From assembly GCA_000002435.2 (NCBI GenBank), contig CM018791.1: 64,000 nucleotides of DNA. The stretch is one strand, 5' to 3'. Shown one piece after another: positions 58,801-64,000 of the stretch. The position numbers were made by a program, and so were the translations under genes. The stretch is from Giardia intestinalis (Eukaryota). The notes under the pieces are model-generated. The model ran no database searches. It had not been told where the DNA came from and was given only the letters and a program-made list of their open reading frames with translations. Each line of letters opens with the position of its first letter. Position 1 is the first letter of the stretch.

Positions 58801-61800
58801 CTGCTGCCTGAGTAATCTCTCCATGCGAGCCACCGCCGTTTTGGGCAGGTGGACCTTCCGCTTGCTCTTGGCAAGATCCAGAATCCGAAATCCAATATCA
58901 AGGATCTAAAAGTCGGATGTCCTCTGATTCTGGTGGGAGAAGAAGAAAGTTTGCCCTATCCTCTTGGGAGCTGCTGTGTTCCTCGCAGCGCCTTCTAGGA
59001 CCTCCCCTTCCGCCGGCTGGTTGTGGGCAGTCAGGACTCGTCCGCCTCTGTCAGCCAAGCACCCAAGGGGCCCCATCTCTTGTCGAGGGATTTACATGGG
59101 TCACATGGTGAGTCCACTCCGACAAGCGGTGCGTAGTTGGCCATCGGGGTGGGATCTTGGCCAGCGTCAGCTTAGCATGATGAGAGGTTGGCGCCATCAC
59201 CAGCTACATGCCTTCAGTCGCCTTCTCTATCGCCTTGAGGGAAGAAGCATCCTCCTTGCCGCCAAAATGGGATGGCGTCCAAGCCTCGATTCCCAGACTT
59301 CGGATGGTGAACAAGCGAGGAAGTTCTTAGCGTGACGCCTGCGTGAGGGATTTATTCGGAGAGCAGCTACGACGTACAGTTGTATGTTTCTCCTACAAGC
59401 CTGGTAATTGACCAGGGTTGCTTTACAGTCGTGGAGACACTGCGGCGTCTCTCTAAGCCTTTTATAGAGACGATCCAGTTTAGCGTAGAAGAGCGAACGC
59501 GACCCAGCCCCGTTCCTACCTGCTGCTCTACGGTTTGCTGCCGCTACTTGTTGTTCTCACTTCCCCTGCTATTGATAGTCGCAATACTCTCTGGAGCAAT
59601 CGCTTGCATCCATCCGCAACCCTAGGCGTTACGGCTTGGAAGTCCATGTCACCGCATAAGCTCTATGGAGGGCATTTACTAGCCATGGCAGATGGAGGTC
59701 GCCGCTTCTGGAGGCCCTGGTGCATACCGGGCCTAGAAGACGCTGACTCCACTGGCTGCAGGAGCTGCCACCCACATGTGACAGCTTGAAGTAGCACCAC
59801 TTCGAGGACAGGGGATATTCACAGCTCGAGAGGACCTGGCAGCAGAGAACAGACTCAGGCATAGCCACAAACAGACCCACCAATCCGGATGGATGAGGGC
59901 GGACACCTAATTGGCAAGCCGTTGGCTAGTCTATGTAGAGGCGCATCCTCTAACAGCAGGGTCTGGCACACGAAGTCTAAGGGCGACCATGGGTACACAG
60001 CAGACGGGCAGAAGCCTGCTTTTTAATGTGTGGAGGCTTTGATGAGGCAATCCTAAGTTTAATGAAGGCCGGGACCGGTAGCTCTAACAGACAGTTCCCC
60101 AGCTTTGGAATACTTGCGTCACCATAGAGTCAATACAGTGAGTTGTCTGTAGTAACAAATCTGTGGAGATAAGAGCAGACTCCTATCAAACTAACTAGAT
60201 ACTAATGGATCCTAGCGTGAACTCGCAGTATAGGGACTTGCAGAAGGCACCGCGTTCTACTCATCTGAGTAAGACAGCCAACTGAGTGAACCCATAATGC
60301 AAAGACCACGAGGCCAAGGGCTCCTCCATAGCCTTAGAAGCTAACATCACAAGAGTCACACTGGCCGCGGAGTGCTTTCCGATCCCCTGAGGCTCAGCAG
60401 CATGGCTTCAGTTCCTAGTATGGCCAGACAGGCTTGAGACATGAGATACTCTGTCTGCTGCAAAGCACACCTTCTGGCAGCGACTCTGGTCTATCGGGTA
60501 ACTCTCGCATAGAGGAGGCAGATGGCTCTGAAGCGTCACTGCTCGCCTGGTAACTCTGGATCATGGCAGAGGAAGTTTTTTATGAAAATGCACTCCTAGT
60601 GTGTAGATCCGCGTTTTCATGCGAAGCGAGAAGAGGCTCCTGGGTTGATCTTTCATGCCTCCCTCTGCTCTAGCAAAAAGTAACGCAACGTATGCACTAT
60701 TGATCTATGTCGCTATGGCAGCCGTAGTTAACTAGCCAACGAGACAATCGCTAGAGGAACCCTCGCACACTTATGAGCAGAGGCGCAGCCTGAGAGCAGT
60801 CATCTGGCCGCTAAGTGATGGAGGAGCAGACACAGCGCTGCTCCGTGCAATCACACTCTCTCACTTTAGTGGCTATGTGGGCAGCCCCGGTCTTGTGAGG
60901 TCTGCGGATAAGCTGCTTCACCCCATAAAGCATCCAGAATTACTACAGGTGACACTTGCAAAGTCTTACTGCGGGAGGCCATGCTCCACTAGAGACGTGG
61001 CTCTGGAAACACCTTGGCTGATGGGAGCTCCCCTCTGGCGTTCTTAGGGGCGGTGTCTGTCTACAATAGCTCTACACCCACTGCCTGTATATGGCCCAAC
61101 TGTGCCGTATTAGACCCCTGTCTCCACTGAATGGCTGATTCGAGGGCGATTGCCGTTACCAAGATGATACCTTACATTGACTGCTAAGAGCTGTCTTTGC
61201 ATATATTACGCTGCTTAGTACTGCGCTCAAACGAAGCTTGCTATCGTTCCGCAGCCATTGTGGATTGGAAGAACAGTTAGCACTCTCAGTGGTCCATGTG
61301 GTAATCGGAAGTCAGGGAAGTCTAAGTTGAGTGGGAAAGCTTGAAGAGGAAGTAGCAGCTCTTGTACTCCTCTGCTGGGTGATGCAGAGAACTGGCTCGT
61401 TTCTTAGCGTCGATAGTTCTTCAGAATGAACGTTTCTTTGTTTAAGACTTGCATGCTTCGGATTGCCCTCTGCTGGCAACAGAGCAGCCACCACCCTGCG
61501 TGTCTCCTTCAGACACAGTTTCGTCTATGACGGTGCCTTCTGTTTCTTCTCTGGAGAGGCATAACCGTCCCAATCCAGACACCTTGCTCTCAGCACACAC
61601 CTCGTATCTATCAGAGGCCAGGTGTTCGTCAACCATATCCCGTGAGCATCAGCGCTGTGTCGCTATGTTACTTCCTGTCCCTCTTGAGGGGCGTATTCTG
61701 ACCATCTTAGTGTTTCTATGATGGAGAGCTGTGGATCCGGAGGTGATTGTTGCTTTCTGGCCCCCCTCTGCTGTTCAGTAGACTGCAAGAGTGCCCTTCA

Positions 61801-63140
61801 GGAGTCGGTCCCCCACCTTCTGTTCTCTCGGGGAAGTGGTCCTTGGATAGTGCCACCCAGAGGGCTCCCGAAGCCTCACTATATGGGTGCTGCTTTTAAG
61901 AACTCCTGAAGCATCCCTACAGAGTCGCCCAGTGGCGCAAGTCTTACCCATTGTCAGCGGGGGTCTCGGCTCTCAAGGACATCTCAGGGACAGTACGCCG
62001 GTGTCACTTCCTGACGGGGGCCAGGCGGGAGGCTGCTCACCCTTGTGGATCCGTCAGCGATAACGAGAGCACCGCACCTGCCATCATCGCTGGGGAGTGT
62101 CGGCAGACGGTACTCCGCATCCATCCACGGAAGGGCTGAGTCGTGTGCTGTCGTCATAATATTCCATACTGGCGCAGATAAACCTCCCGGTGGCACTTGG
62201 GGATTCCCGACACGGTGCGCTAATATACTACTTGCTCGAGCCATCGCTCAGATCTGCGACCCCCGTGGTCTGGGCCAGGTGCCTTGGACGGCCTCCAGCC
62301 CTAGTAGGAGCACCGACCTGTGCTCCTTGTTCCAAACAAGCATTCCATCTATTGTGCCCAGCCCTGAAAGACCCGCTCCTTCGCAGGTGTCCGAGCCGAG
62401 CGCTGTCTGCCGCCCAAGAAGTGTGCTGGCATTCAGCAGAGGGGCTTGCAGATACCACGGACCTCGGTGGTAAAGCGCCTGAGACCCTGCCCTGGGCACG
62501 AGTAAGAAGCCCCAGCCGCACCTCGCCGCGGACTATGACACGGTTCCTGTGTGGCGCCAGGCGACGCACAGCAGGCACGAGTGTGCAGTCCTCTGCGCCT
62601 GCTCACCGATGATGCAGCTGGGGCCTGTGGAGCAGCAGGGCCGAGACACACATATGGGAGGCGCCGGCAGGCATTGGGCTATTGGCCGTCAAATGATGGG
62701 TATGACTTGAAAGGTGGCTCGCGGCAGGTAATTTACTCGACCGCAGCAGACAGGATCGCCTTTAGCCTAAAACTGCCATGTGTCGGTAGATGCACCTGTG
62801 TCTCCCACCACTGTTCTGCGTGCCATTATAATATTCTGGCGTCTCTAGATTTGGCAGAGGCATCCAACAAGGAATTCACAACTAGAGGCTGGCCCAACAG
62901 CCAGAGAGGCGTCTATTGGGCTGTACACCCATGCACCGGGTTGTCTTGAAGGGGTCGTTCCCTCTCTAATCACGTGCCCTGTCCCCGGTCCGTACCGGCG
63001 AAAGTCTTACTGAGACACCCACTGTCCAGGATACTGACCAGACCACCAGGCAGCGATTGGCCGGAATAAGGGAGAGCCGCTCTCCTTGGCATACTCTACT
63101 ATGTGCGTGCAAGAATGGATGGACCATAAAGTGAGGCCAC

Positions 63141-64000
63141 TCAGTTTTTCTTTCGGAAGACGAAAAACCAAACCAGCACACCCGCCACACCGCCGACGAC
63201 GAGGACCACGCTGATGGCGATGCCAGAGATGGCACTAGACGAGAGGGCGGACTTTTTGGAGGTGTTGTCGTACTCCAGACATATGGGTGTGGCTGCACCT
63301 TCTGGAACCATGCAGAGGCTGCACTTGGAGATCGCCTTGTGGCACGCCTTGCACGTGCTCTCGGAGAAGTAGTACCCGGCCAGGCAGTCGAAGCATGCCT
63401 CCCCATGGGGCAGGTGGCGCAGCCCTTGGAGCACGCCTTGCACGCCCCCTTCTCCAGGTAGAACCCGCTGTTGCAGGCGTTGCAGACCCCACTACTACAC
63501 ATTGCACAGTTCGTCGGGCATGTAAGGAGCGTTCCGTTGTACGTTATCCCGTACCCGGCCACGGTGCTATCACACCAGCCGTCGCTCGCCTTCGTGCAGA
63601 CAGTCTTCCCGGGGAGGAGCGTGGAGGTGTAGCACCCCCCGTTGAGGCTGAAGGAGTTCGAGCTGCAGAGACACATCTACCGGCGCGACATTCGCACACG
63701 CGATGCCAGCCGCCCGCAAGCTGGAGAAGGTGCACGCCCCGTTGTTGGGGTACTCCGTGCTCTTGGCGCAGCGCGAGCAGTAGCTGGTCCCGCCCACCGT
63801 GAGCCCGCACTCTGCACAGCTGCTGTCCTGCACGCACTGCGGGACGCACGATCCCTTGGCACCGTCGCTGTACTCCAATCGCCTCTTGGCAGGGCAGGAG
63901 GTGCAGTCATCGGATGCCGGTCCGCTGCACGTGGCACACTCAGAGCTGCACGGCTTGCATCCTCCCGAGCCCTCGACGTAGAACCCGTCCCTGCATGCCT
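63141..64000 (-). pseudogene. High-cysteine membrane protein (HCMP, VSP-like CXXC-repeat surface protein) gene, 3' part, interrupted by at least two frameshifts; N-terminus lies beyond the window
   Basis: Cys-rich CXXC/GFYL motifs appear in three minus-strand frame segments (CVPQCVQDSSCAECG...; CNACNSGFYLEKGACKACSKGCATCP; GEACFDCLAGYYFSESTCKACHKAISKCSLC). It ends with a TM helix plus short tail SGIAISVVLVVGGVAGVLVWFFVFRKKN-stop at 63141. Frame breaks near 63404-63410 and about 63680-63720. Confidence 0.65.

Noticed and set aside
62000-62950. GC-rich block as a fragment of the GC-rich Giardia rDNA unit
   Set aside because: No recognisable conserved SSU/LSU rRNA sequence motifs; the overlapping short ORFs are a generic GC-rich artefact.
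63141-63443. Calling the cysteine-rich gene a VSP
   Set aside because: The C-terminal tail after the TM helix is RKKN, not the invariant VSP CRGKA pentapeptide, so HCMP is the safer call.
1-64000. Prokaryotic operon, defence system or CRISPR-like content
   Set aside because: The window carries eukaryotic hallmarks (histone H2A, CK2alpha, ESCRT-III, KAP3, ankyrin-NEK, RING E3s). Genes alternate strands with eukaryote-style single long ORFs. There are no repeat-spacer arrays; the only tandem repeat has two copies.
20580-64000. Systematic AGTRAAY polyadenylation signals after every stop
   Set aside because: Only H2A (TGTAAAC) and the helicase (TGTAAAT) showed near-consensus motifs within ~10 nt of the stop. 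Others had only weak partial matches, so they were not annotated.
1-64000. Spliceosomal introns
   Set aside because: All recognised proteins are contiguous across their conserved motifs, and no GT...AG-interrupted domain was seen. Giardia introns are extremely rare.

Overview
This window reads as compact protist nuclear DNA, most consistent with Giardia intestinalis, not a prokaryotic locus. About 90% of bases 1-58800 are occupied by long intron-free ORFs on both strands (up to 11.5 kb). Head-to-head start codons sit as little as 25 bp apart, and one stop codon directly abuts the next start (TAAATG at 1273-1278). An AT-rich element sits immediately upstream of nearly every ATG. GC content is roughly 49%, and translation uses the standard code with ordinary TAA/TAG/TGA stops. 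Hallmark eukaryotic genes are present: histone H2A, casein kinase II alpha, a DEAD-box helicase, CDP-diacylglycerol synthase, an ESCRT-III (Snf7) subunit, kinesin-associated protein KAP3 and RING E3 ligases. Giardia-typical families are also present: a NEK-like kinase fused to about 13 ankyrin repeats with degenerate catalytic motifs, a long leucine-rich-repeat protein, and a cysteine-rich CXXC surface-protein (HCMP/VSP-like) gene at the right edge. The ORF track uses non-ATG starts (GTG/TTG/CTG shown as M), so I re-set several starts to the first in-frame ATG. I found no CRISPR array, operon or prokaryotic defence system. The points most worth a second look are these: a divergent CFAP20 (DUF667) domain paralog with a long acidic tail; an 11.5-kb single-exon gene for a 3836-aa protein; two tandem RING E3 ligase genes (RCHY1/Pirh2-like and Bre1-like); pseudokinases; a 13-bp perfect tandem duplication in the H2A divergent promoter; a roughly 4.1-kb ORF-poor, partly GC-rich stretch (58.8-62.9 kb) that is anomalous for this genome; and a frameshifted HCMP-like pseudogene at the window end. 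All calls are from by-eye motif recognition; none was checked against a database.
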